A DNA stretch of 44,733 nucleotides, counting the filler, from Jimgerdemannia flammicorona (taxonomy: Eukaryota): NCBI GenBank assembly GCA_003990765.1. It is 2 parts of 2 records of this genome, joined end to end, with 100 filler letters (N's around TTAATTAATTAA, not from the genome) between each part and the next. Parts side by side here need not be neighbours in the genome. Positions count along the whole stretch, not along the records: positions 1 to 22,317 come from RBNJ01001302.1; positions 22,418 to 44,733 come from RBNJ01001303.1. One strand, 5' to 3'. Made by a program: the position numbers and the translations under genes. This document shows positions 19,202 through 31,000 of the stretch, one piece after another. Positions within the stretch are counted from its first letter, which is position 1, and each line of letters begins with the position of its first letter. Under the pieces are notes generated by a model that saw nothing but the letters and a program-made list of their open reading frames with translations, ran no database searches and had not been told where the DNA came from.

Positions 19202-20785
19202 ATGTACACGCACTATCCCAGCACCTCGGATTGGGACGAGCTCTTCGCATACGTCGTCTCGCTCGCGTGCATTTCCGTCATCGCCGTTCTGTTCGGAGTC
19301 AAAATCTCTGATGGCAGGTTACAGAACCTGAGCAGCATCACATACCCAAGGATCCTCGTCCTAATGCTTTACTTCGCGTCGTGGGCTTTCTCCGCCATAT
19401 CGATGGTGCTGATAGTAACGAACGATGGCATGAACCCCGTTTCTTTTTGCAATTTGCCGTCGGCGCACGCTTACTCCAGTCCTCCCGATGGCCTCTCTAA
19501 CCCACTTCTGGTCGCTTTAGGAAACATCATTTCGTGCAACCTGACTATTTTGGCCTGCAATGTGTTCTACCATTTCGCGAATTTCATCATGTTTCTATGG
19601 CAAGTTGTCTGATCGAAAGACAGAGCGCTGCGCATGTTTGTAATTTAATAACCCATCCCTAATTACTGAGCAACCATTGCTTTTCCCAGGTTGATCGAGA
19701 AGGTGTGGGTCGTGACCTGTACCGACACCAAGCGAATGAAAACGCGGCTGTACAAATTCCATCTGGCATTGCTGACGCCGTACATTACCGCCTTCATATT
19801 AGCTGTAAGCTGACATTCCGAAATCCGTTGACGCGCGGCGTCAATTGGCTTTTTCTCATCTCCTGTTCAATTTGATCAGATTGTGAATAGGGTCAGCATC
19901 ATCGAACCAGACGGCACCTGCATCATAGGTTCTCCGCTCCATGCACTGATAATCATCTTGGCAAGCAATCGTGGTCTTTGTGAGGCAGTTACATGATTGT
20001 GTTGCAATCTCCCCCAAAATGCGCGAGACTGATGAACTTGTGCATATTACGCATGCCGAAAACTCCTAATTACGCACGGAATCCGCATGTCCGTATGATG
20101 TCTGGACTGGGCATTATCAGATATTCGATTTCGTAGGTGGCCCATATGAAATATTGAAGCTATATTTATAAATGTTTCCCAATCCACCGCTTTTGCTACA
20201 CTTTCTTAATTTCCCTGATTTCCCTCTATATTACTACAACAGACATTTACGAGTTACATTACCATCCTCTTTATCCGCCCCCTCCTCGCCGTCGGCCGCA
20301 ATGCCCCGGGCGACTGGTCGCGCTCGATACTGCACCACGTCGCCTGGCGCAACGCCATCGCCGCTATTGTATGCCTCGTCGTCTCCGCTGTCAACATTCT
20401 CATCCTCGTCCTGTTCCATGGCCATGAAAGGGGGCTTGTATGTCTAACCAGCTGTACTGTTGATGTCACGCTAAACGTCGTCGCCGTTCATTGGGTACGT
20501 ACGGATACGGAAGGCGTGGGGTGGGGGAGGCGCCCGGAATTATTCGGGGCTTATTGGGTTTGTTTCTGATTGTACGCGCAGGTCACATCGAGTCCCCGAT
20601 CGCCGAACGCGGCAATGGAGACGCCAATCTCACGGACGGGGACCAGCGACGTCATCGAGATGGACATCGAACCGACGTCGCGTGGGTCCAAATATCGGCT
20701 CAGCGGCGATGGGCTCAGCGAGGATAGGGTCAGCGGGGAAAGGCTCGGCGGGGATAGGCTCGACGTGAACAAGCTTGACGTATGA
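19202..20785 (+). CDS. Fungal 7TM/GPCR-like membrane protein (7 exons)
   Basis: Exons 19202-19427, 19521-19599, 19690-19804, 19880-19960, 20121-20132, 20243-20494 and 20582-20785 give an open frame with about 7 hydrophobic helices and motifs WLIEKVW, DGTCIIG, CTVDVTLN. Confidence 0.75.
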
Positions 20786-21659
20786 TAATCCCATGTCGCG
20801 ATTACAAGAATTTCCGCATGGAGATGGTGCACGCTGGCTGTTCGATGGCCATGGCGTACGAAGCGATTGTGGGGGATAATTAAGATGGAGTGCGGATGGA
20901 GAATGTGATTGGGAGTGGATGTATACGGTAGGAATTAAAGACATCACGTGTGACGGACGATTGGTCGTCAAATGAGTATCCACAGAACCAACTTGGATTG
21001 TATAATCTATCAGACTCACATGTATTATTTTTCAATGAAAATTTTGAACATTTCCCATCATATCCTTCATATTCGTAATCGATATTTCTTGTTTATTGGA
21101 GATTATAAGAACCCAAGGATTTCGATACAGTAAATTCACGTTGATAATTGGTACAATTGAATTTCGATGTGTTATTTTAAATGGAGAAAATGATAATGCA
21201 TACGACTTTTTTTTTTTTTCGTATGTGAGATTTGAATAGAATGCAAATGAATGTTTGAACTCCACAAGAGAATGCAATTATGTAATGTTTACAGCCAATT
21301 GAAGTCTGACCCCTTGGTGACACCAGACCGCAATGAAGGTCCCGTGTTTCTTTTTTGGTGCAGTGGTGGCCTCGACCCTCTGCTTGCTAAGACTGACAAT
21401 GGAAGGGCCGACCTTGTTGGAGAGCTATAATGTCTGGTTTGTTTGAGACCCAGGCACATATCAATCCCGCACCTTAATATCCTTAGAGGCGATCTCAATT
21501 ATCCGCTACAGCACGTGCAGCAACGAATGGGGCATTTGCCCAACTCTGGCCGAGTCGAATAGAATTTTGTTCACCGAGATGGAGATGCCATCACTACTAT
21601 GACCGAAGTGGACAAGTGCATTTGCTGTCCAATCCACATTCTCTCTCCACGTTCGCTCA

Positions 21660-22710
21660 TTCAATACTCCCAGTTCATATAGTCTATATTTACTAGTCCG
21701 ATCTATCTAGTTCATATTTACTTTAATATTATACATATCTTACTATCAGTTTTATTTTATCAGAGTTTACTATTAATATAGCTACAATATACTACTATTT
21801 CAAAATATTCAAAAGTAAACTTAATATTATAAATCTGTATCTTCTCTACAGAATTACTTTGTTATTACAACACTATTTATTGAGATAATTTATTATTAGA
21901 CTATGACTTTATTATATATTTTAATATACTATAATTACAATTTTATAAATAAGAGTTATAATTAGAGCAATTTACTATACTAAATAAATTGAAAGTTATA
22001 ATAGCTAAAAAATTAAATATTTAGTTAGAATATATAAATAATAAAGTTATATCTTATTTATATATTACTTTACTAAGTCAAAATTTTGAAAATAATAAAA
22101 ACTTTAATAAGTTATAGTAAAAATAAATTAATAGTTAATATTTTAGTTACTTTATCAATAATATTAAAAAAAATGGATATATTTTATAAATATATATATT
22201 TTTTTTTTATTAAACTATAGATTAAGTATTATAAAACTATATTAAAAAAAAAAAAAATACTAAATTGTTTTTATAGAACTTCAAACCATTACCATACAGT
22301 GCAGTGACAGATATTATNNNNNNNNNNNNNNNNNNNNNNNNNNNNNNNNNNNNNNNNNNNNTTAATTAATTAANNNNNNNNNNNNNNNNNNNNNNNNNNN
22401 NNNNNNNNNNNNNNNNNAAAAAAAATTCTTTATAGAATGAAACATAGAATATTATATATGTGTAATTTTTTTTTTTTAAAAAAAATATATGTATAGATTA
22501 TATTATTATTATAGAAAAATAAAATCTTAAAGAATGTTTTAAAATGGTCAAATATAGGTGTGAAAATTCAAAATTCTGTATCATTACAAATATAAGAGAG
22601 AATAATAATAAAGAAATAAATTTAAGAAAGTTTACTCTTAGGTTTTGTGTATGTATATACATATATTAGTTATCTAAAAATAGAGTTTTTAAAAGCAAAA
22701 GTTGACTTTA
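21660..22710. other. Extremely AT-rich block, probably an eroded repeat
   Basis: Abrupt shift to near-AT-only, CpG-poor sequence with no ORFs on both sides of the gap. Confidence 0.55.
22318..22417. other. Assembly gap with artificial TTAATTAATTAA all-frame stop linker
   Basis: 100-nt block of N with TTAATTAATTAA centred at 22362-22373. Confidence 0.95.
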
Positions 22711-24022
22711 GGCGTGGGAAACTATATTAGGTTTATGGAATCTCCAATGTCCGTGCAGGATATCGCCATCGCCGATTACCTGCATTTCCCAGTTTGGCCA
22801 TTTTCTCTGCCACTCTTTTCCTCTGTCGACAAACTTCGCCCCTTCCCGAACTTACTGCTGTCCCGGATCGCACGCTATCAACAGAATAACAAAGTACGAG
22901 CGGCTCGGCGTTTGTTATTGTCGAGCCACCTGAGCAGCCGAGATCGTCAGTTTCACTTTTTGATGCTTACGAAACATCCGAGACTTGAGCCAGGCCCACA
23001 AAGTGCAGAGAGTGTTGCATGAACTCCCCTTGCAACCGGTTTGCTTGTATTGCCCATATCGCGGGTGCATCATTCATGGCTCTAAATGTACCGCGGCAAG
23101 ACAGGGAGCATGCAAGGTTCGAAATTTACTATAGCAAAGATGTGTTACTGCACCTTCGAACATTCGCTAATGTAAGCTGTGTCGATGGATTTGGTGAACA
23201 TGGAAGCATGCGTTTCCCAGGCGTAAGCGAAGGGTTCATCTTTTTATTGTTCCGGAAAGGGATTGCAGGAACTAAGTTGCTGGCGTAGTCTACACGCTTG
23301 ATTGTTGAGATGCGACGGGTACTCAGTCGCTAGGAGTGGAGATACTGCTGAAACGCTGCTGCTTAGAGCTGGCGTCTTTTGAAACAAACCAACGCAGGGG
23401 AGCTGATACTAAGCTAAGGTTGCATAAGAGATGGTGCGGAAGGGAATTGACACTAAAATTGCATAAGAGATTTGAACTATGTTCAATAACTCTAACTTCT
23501 TTCCCAGGGCAAACGACGTGTACTCCGAAGGATTGATATCATCAAACTCATGTCATACGTGTATGACTATTTGTTATTGTGTGACCTAACACCAACCACA
23601 TCCGACTTAACAGAATAGGAACAAACCTGTTTTACAATAAATATATGAGATGATAACAGTTTTGTTTATGGGTATTGGACTTGTGTGTCGCCAACTCAAA
23701 TACTATCGTTTGGCACGCGTATAAATGTAGACATCAACGCACAATCGTGGCAGCATCTCAAACAATTACACCAAACAAGAAGCCAAGTGCTAATCTTTAT
23801 TCTTGAACTCCAAGCGAAAAGATGCCTGCGAAAATGCTCATCTTCAGCAAGGTATCTGACCGCTCAACATGCGGCGTGGCGACGAGATCGGAGGACCAAA
23901 CACAGACAAATCAAAATGCGTATACGAAGCATTCCTAATCACCGCAATCCTTACGGCGTACTCAACAACTTCACAATGGTCATGTTCACCCAGATTGCAA
24001 GCGTCGTGGCCCAGGACACACC

Positions 24023-24973
24023 GTGCATTCAATATCGACCCAATCTCGGCGGTTTTCTCGGTGTTGGCCATCAATGCCAACCATTTTTATGATGTTATGT
24101 TCCAGTGCGCCGGAATTTATCTGCCTATTTCTCATTCAGAGTATGTATGCTTTCTTTCGACTTCGGCAAGCTGGACTGGCACAATATCAGGCGGTACTGA
24201 TCGTACGGGGACAATTGATCCTCGCACACAGCACGGAGTACGAAAAATTGGAAAATTTCCAATACAGGAAAGAGATAGAATCTCGCCACATTGTCGACGA
24301 CAAGACTCTTGGGAGGATCGAATGCAAACAATATAATGATGTAAGCTGGTCACTGCAAAAACTGGAGTTAGTTCCCGCCGAAAACCTCATCAAGGCTCAA
24401 TCAGCGAGCTCGACAATAGGTCCCGTATTCGCATTGGTTCAGGCAGGATGGTCCCTTCTCAATGGGGTCGAACGACTGGTGCACAAGCAGGCGCTTTCAG
24501 GATTGGACGCAATCGGTTTGCAGTATAGTATATTGAGTATACTTACTGCAGCAGAGACAATCTTCATTCCAAATATTGGGCACGATTTCGTTCGCATCAT
24601 CAACGAGACCAAGCAAGAATCGCTTGGCCAAAATGTCTCTACAGTTGGTTCAGAAATCAGTATGATACACATCATATTACCTTTTACAATTTACGTGCTC
24701 GGTGCCTGGCTCCAAACGCAAGTGGATTTCCCTTCATATGCCATCCGGCTCGCCGTAATGGTGCTGTACCCAATACGAATTATAGTCATAATACTTTTTT
24801 TCGTTGATTTACTTACAAATGAAAAACTGGAAACAAGCTTTACTATTACTATTATTTTATTATTTTTGAATATCTGTACAACAATCGCTTGGATTGTCAT
24901 GTGCTCGATCGGGATCTCCAGACCAAAGATTCTTATGAAAACTGACGCAGCCTTCAACTGGCCACATTTGTAA
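24023..24973 (+). CDS. Intronless multi-pass membrane protein of unknown family; 5' end uncertain, possibly frameshifted
   Basis: 316-codon ORF with several hydrophobic segments. It starts on GTG, the first in-frame ATG is near 24074, and overlapping upstream frames look protein-like. Confidence 0.55.
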   Translation: MHSISTQSRRFSRCWPSMPTIFMMLCSSAPEFICLFLIQSMYAFFRLRQAGLAQYQAVLIVRGQLILAHSTEYEKLENFQYRKEIESRHIVDDKTLGRIECKQYNDVSWSLQKLELVPAENLIKAQSASSTIGPVFALVQAGWSLLNGVERLVHKQALSGLDAIGLQYSILSILTAAETIFIPNIGHDFVRIINETKQESLGQNVSTVGSEISMIHIILPFTIYVLGAWLQTQVDFPSYAIRLAVMVLYPIRIIVIILFFVDLLTNEKLETSFTITIILLFLNICTTIAWIVMCSIGISRPKILMKTDAAFNWPHL

Positions 24974-27497
24974 CGATATCATTGCGCTTACAAGTATTCC
25001 TTTCTGAGCACTTTTTTGTCTTCGCCGCTCAAATATTTGTCATTCATTGAATTAAATATACATATGTTACAGAGGAAGTATTTTCTGCGCTGAATTGTAC
25101 CCTCCATGGAATGTCCCAGAACGGATTCACGCGTTCAGAATTTGTGATGGAATAACTGAAATCCGACTTGCTGACCTGTCTAGAATTCTAGTCACCGCAC
25201 AACGCCTTTGCATAAGGTGATCACCTGTATGACCACTTTGTCCTAACCATAACTACAACAGCCTCATCTCACTCTCGCTGCCTTTGCTTCCTGCCGCAGC
25301 CTAAATTCCTACCACCACACACGCTCTCTGGTGCAACCATCCTCTCGGATCGGCGCTGATACGGTGACCGGAACTGAGGGCGCTCACGGCGGAGGGAATG
25401 GCGACAAGTTGCGTGAGGTTTTGATATCGGAGCGGGTGGAGATGGCGACAAGTGCATTCCCCGAGCTGCGAAGTCAAAGTCCGCTGGCTCTTTGGTTAGC
25501 TCCGAAGGGCAACAGTTCTTCCCCTGCCGGATGCCAATCTCCCATCGCCGAGGTGGGGTTGGTACACTTCACCTTTTCTTGTTTGCCCTAGTACTCTTTC
25601 ATCATATGAACTGGAAACTATTGCCCCTGTTGGGATCTCCACACCGGTCTTGGCTACTCTGGAAACCAACTGACGAGCTCCTTGAGTAAGGGCGAAACCG
25701 GGGGATACTTTGGGCATTCTATTTTTTTTTTTTTTTTTTTTTTTTTTGGTGGTGCGGGGGATTGCTTTACGTTGATACACAAATTTGGAAGATTCACTGG
25801 ATTCGTTTTTCATTTCTTTATTCTTTCATCCTTATTTCTCTTCCAACTGCAGCCTTTCCTGTTTCGTCGAAGTCTTTGACAACGAAAAAGAACCAATATT
25901 TTTAAATGCGGTGAGTACATGTTTTTTGAACCCGAAACACTCTACGCTCAACCAATATTTATACGGGCGGGTGAGACTCCCCTCAAAACAGTATGTATAT
26001 GTGTAAAATGGGTATTATGTCGGTTAGGCAGAGGTTGGACTAGGGTGAATGGAAGGACGCTGAGTAGGGTGGTGGTGAACGGTGGTGAAATAAAGAGGAA
26101 TGCATATGGTGGTGAGACGCGAGGAGAAAGTGGGGAAAGTGGGGAGATGTTGTTTGGTTTACGGCGGCCGGAGCTCCGACCGCGATCTTTCACAGAATTG
26201 ACGATCGTGACGGTCCCGCGCAGATCTCCTGACGTTGCACCTCCATAGGGACTACCCGACCATAGTCGTCGTCACCACGGACGACATCAAGAGCCTTCCT
26301 ACTAGCGTGTTCGGTTGCTTGGAGCATGAGGTTCGGGCTGAGGTACATGTTGCGCGGTAATTCAAGTTTGTCAATATTTTGCCTCCCTTAGGCGCCCACA
26401 GAGCCAGCGTCTGGAGATCCTATGTGCCCTGAAGTCGGCCCTTCCCACCTGGCGCAGGACGTCGCTCGCGATACATACCGCGCGTTCGTGGTGTTGACCT
26501 TGTCGTGAAGGCGAGGTATACGGCGTATGCGGCGTTGGAGAAGGTTAGGAGAGAGTTTTGTTGCCTTCCCAATTCTTTATCTGTCTTCGTGGGTGGGTGT
26601 GAGATTTCGTCGTCGTCGAAGAGAGACTATGCTCAATCATGCCGTCGTTCCCAAATATACAAACAAACGGTTTGATAGTCACCGGCTGACAGGTACTAAT
26701 CATGATATCGCCAGTGCGATCATCGTTGATGGTCGCGGATTTCGATTGGGGCCAAGGTTAACGAGCGAGCGAATTTTTTTTTTTTGTTCTGAATGTTCTA
26801 TCAGATATTTTTGTCTCTTACCTTTAGTGAATATTTATTATAACTGTAAAATATGAAAATAAATAAATATATCAAAACCTAAAGCCCTACGCCGGCTGTG
26901 TTATGTGACAACGACGTCAGATGAGCATGTATTTTATCTTCGTTCTGCGGTTAATAGTTAATTATCTGTGTACAGTTAATCATCAGTCTATGTTTAATCG
27001 CCGGTCTGTGGATAATCGTTGTCTTTCTGCAGTTAACCGTGTTGTAGTTTTAATTGTCATTCTGTGGTTAATTGTCATTCTCTGCAATCGTAAATCGGCA
27101 TCATTTGCTTTTGATTACAATGTCCTCAAAAATTCTATATGATAATTTATAAATCTCATTACTCTTCTACCTCTCGATATTACTATGTTATACAGCGTTA
27201 TTTTATCGTTCATTACGACGCCGGCCTTAGCGGTGTATATATCTAAAAGTAAAGAAATGGTGCTATAAACAATGATAAACATCTTTTTGGAAAGTTGTTT
27301 TTTGACAATGTTACAACCACTGTTTGGCAGCTGATGCGTGAATTGATGGCCAAGGCATTATACACCAAAGGCAGTTCTTTTATTTTATTTTTTTAAAAAA
27401 AGGTTTTATTAGACAAATTGGAGGACAAAAGTTATTTCTCAATTAGAAGGCTGCCGGCCGCACGGGATGTGTACGAGAGACTTGGTTAAAAGTCTCC

Positions 27498-27529
<32 letters not shown>

Positions 27530-28059
27530 AGGGGTGCAATTTACATTATTAAGAAAATTCGCGATGTCTTGAGTGAAATACGCCTATACTTGCAGACGCG
27601 TGAGAAGAGCCGTTTTCTCAAATGTTGCAAATTCGGTTGGCGAGCGAGAAGTACAGAACCCCTCGCTCGAACTCACCGAGGGAGAAACGGATTGCAATAT
27701 TGGAGAGGAGGGCCGTGAAAACGCTCACCAATCAACTCACCGGCATTCATAACGGGGTGCAACACAGCTGACAGCTGGTGGAGGCGGAGACGAGGAACCA
27801 AAGGTCATGAGCTGTTCAAAGCGTGTGTTTTGGTGCCAAGCTGCATCTATGCCATTTCCATATGGCGCATGGCAATCAAGTCCATAAACGTTGCGGGAGT
27901 GGGTTTACAACAAGAGGAACGGACGAAGGGTAACGGGTAACGAAGCGCGAACCAATTAATTAGGTTGGGTTACGTCAACGTCATCTATTCTGCATTGTGA
28001 CACAGAGAACTTTTCACCATCTTTACGTCAAAGAAATCTCTTGGGAACAGTAGCCAACC

Positions 28060-31000
28060 ATGTCCACTCCCAACCGTCTCCAGGAACTACTAGCTCGACT
28101 CAAGCCCTTCCACGATCTGGACAGAGTTCATCAAACAGAAATTTTAGCATGGAAGAGTCGCTATTCTTTTAGTGAGCAAACACTCCGTGCCTGTCTCAAC
28201 ACGTTGGACGTGCCGCAGCTGGAGCCATACCTTGCCTGGATTGAGCCCGGTCTATTCACCGAATTTAAACAGCTTGCCGAAGGCGGATTTGCCAATGTTT
28301 ACCAAGGAAGCGTTCCTTCAGGTTATGGTTATATACCCCATGAGGTGGCTGCCAAAGAATTGAAGAAATCGATGGTTACCGAGGTGAGATATCATTGGGG
28401 TAATATACATATTATTTTCACACCACCTAGCTTATTAGTAACCTTGCCATGTACTCATCCCACCAAATCAGTTGGTGTTGAATATCTATTTGAGTCGCTG
28501 TGGAAATAATACCAATGACACCCCCACAATGGATACCATTGGGTTGTCAAGACATCCAGAAACTGGAGAGTATCTGATGATTATGCAATTTGCTGATATG
28601 GGAACTCTTGAGAAGCAGCCATGTGAACAAGATAGTGATTGGTACACTGCTTTGACATATGCTACAAAACTTGCCAGTCGTTTAGCTAGTCTTCACGACC
28701 TGGGCTTCAGCCACCAGGATCTCCATGCCGGAAACGTAGTATTCCACAAGTCCCGCACCACTCTCTTGATCGACGTTGGACTTAGTCGAAGTGTAGAAGA
28801 CGCACATTCTGAGGATGGTGTCTATGGCCGTATAGCATACTTCCCTCCAGAGATCTTCGAGAGAAAGCAGTATACACAGAAATCGGACATCTACTGCCTG
28901 GGAACGCTATTGTGGCAACTGATCGCCGGTGTTCCGCCACAAGGCGTCGCTTCGGTGGCCGTCTCCAGTAAACCGGATGGGCTTCGCGAGGAGCTTATTC
29001 CTGGTGCGCCAACGGCATTTAATAATATCATCAAGAGCTCCTGGCATCTCGACCCTGATCAGCGACCGAGCGCTTGTGAAATCTACAATCAGTTGATTGA
29101 ATGTGCAGCTGGTTTAGTTGGAATTTCTCCCGTCTCCCAGCTGAATACAGAAGACCAAATTCTTGGATTTCTGGCATTATCCCCGGTGCCATTTTCACCC
29201 GAGGTACAATCGTTCATCGCCGCGCGATCGGCCACCTATCGGAACGATACGAAATCCAGTAACAGTGACGTTTTCAATTTTGCCGGGTCCCCGGCAAGCG
29301 GGTGCCACGCCGGAAGCAAATTCTACACTCCTGTGCAGCTCAACCAAATCACGGAACAACACTCCCGAACGGGACTTGTCACACTCGGGCGGCAGCTGGA
29401 TCCAGGTATGTAGCGCGCAGGCGCACGGTTCAGACAGTTTGTGTTCTTGATTCATGTCTCGTCGTTAAGGCAATATTGGCAAGTGAGAGATCGCGATAAT
29501 AGCCATAGAGAAAATCACCAGTTAAAACTTGTTATCCTTCATCTCTGTCTAGGGGAAAACATTGGCACAGACGAGCCCCACGCCCTAGCCGAATCTCTGA
29601 AGCAGAACACAACAATGAGCAAGACGAAAGTTTCGAGTATGTCTGAACTGGGTGACCATTGCTTTCAGCTGTGCGATAAGGCCAAGCTAATGATCTATAC
29701 ATGTTTGCTACTCTCCTCATCTTTAGGAAGCTTGGTGGACGACAAGGGGACCGGCGTCCTAGCCGAGTTACTGAAGCAAAACGCAACACCGAATCAGCTG
29801 AACCTCTCTGGTATGTGTGAATTGTAGGAAACGTACACACTTTTTACGACTGTGAGATTTAATTAGACACAATCTCTGTGTGTTCGCTCATCCCTGTTTA
29901 TCTTTAGGGAAAGTCTTCGATCATAGGGAATCACGAATTCTTGTCCAGTTTCTGAGAGAGAACGAAAACCTGACCAAGCTCAATCTCAGCGGTATGTCAG
30001 CATTATATCAATTACTGTTTACAGTAGCATGATGGGATCCAGACCATGCTTTGAGTAATGCTCTTAATCTATGTTTATGTTTTTTAGGCAACAGCATCGG
30101 CTTATTGTTATGCCGTGCTCTAGCCGAATGGCTAAAGCTGAACACGACCTTGACCGAGCTGAATCTCAGTAGTATGTTGAAGCATTGTATGCGGCTGAGC
30201 GATAAAGTAGGCTAACTATATGTGCATATTCGATCATTTTATAGATAATGAGATTGGCGAGCATGGAGCACGCGCCCTAGCCGAGTCTCTGAAGCAGAAC
30301 ACGACCCTGACCGAGTTGAATCTCCAAAGTATGTCAGAACTGTGTAGAGTATTTTGTGAGGCTACGTGATGGAATCAAGTTAATGATATTTGGCTATTTG
30401 CATATCCCTGTCTATTTTAAAGATAATGTTATTTGTGACCGGGGGACAAGCGCCCTATCCGGGTCTCTGACGCAGAATACCGCCTTGACCAAGCTGAACC
30501 TCGAACGTATGTTGAACTGTGTGAAGCATTGTGTGCGGCTGCATGATGAAAGCAGGCTAATGATGTGTGCATGTTCGCTCATATCTTGTATTTTATAGTA
30601 AATGAGATTGGCGAATATGGGGCACGCGCTCTAGCCGAGTCTCTGAAACAGAAAACATCCTTGACAGAGCTAAATCTAGAACGTATGTCGGAAGCATTGT
30701 GTGTGGCTGCATGATGGAATCAAGCTAATGATCTTTGGGTGTTTGCTTGTCCCTTGCTCATTTTAAAGATAATGATATTGGCAAGCAGGGGGCATGCGCC
30801 CTAGCCGAGTCTCTTAAGCAGAACACGACCTTGACCAAACTGAATCTCGGACGTATGTGGGAACTTTTGAAGCATTATATATATGCGGCTGCATGATGAA
30901 AACCGGCTAACAATATGTGCATGTTCACTCATCCCCTGTTCATTATATAGATAATGAGATTTTTGGGCATGGGACACGCGCCCTATCCGAGTCTCTGAAG

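Noticed and set aside
18585..21485. Other ATATCCTT motifs (~18585, ~21060, ~21477) as U12 donors
   Set aside because: They are not within a supported plus-strand gene and restore no reading frame.
22318..22417. TTAATTAATTAA palindrome inside the N run
   Set aside because: Artificial all-frame stop linker. Adjacency of the two sides of the window is therefore not guaranteed.
25260..26560. GC-richer patches with short ORFs
   Set aside because: I could not build a coherent spliced model or recognise a domain.
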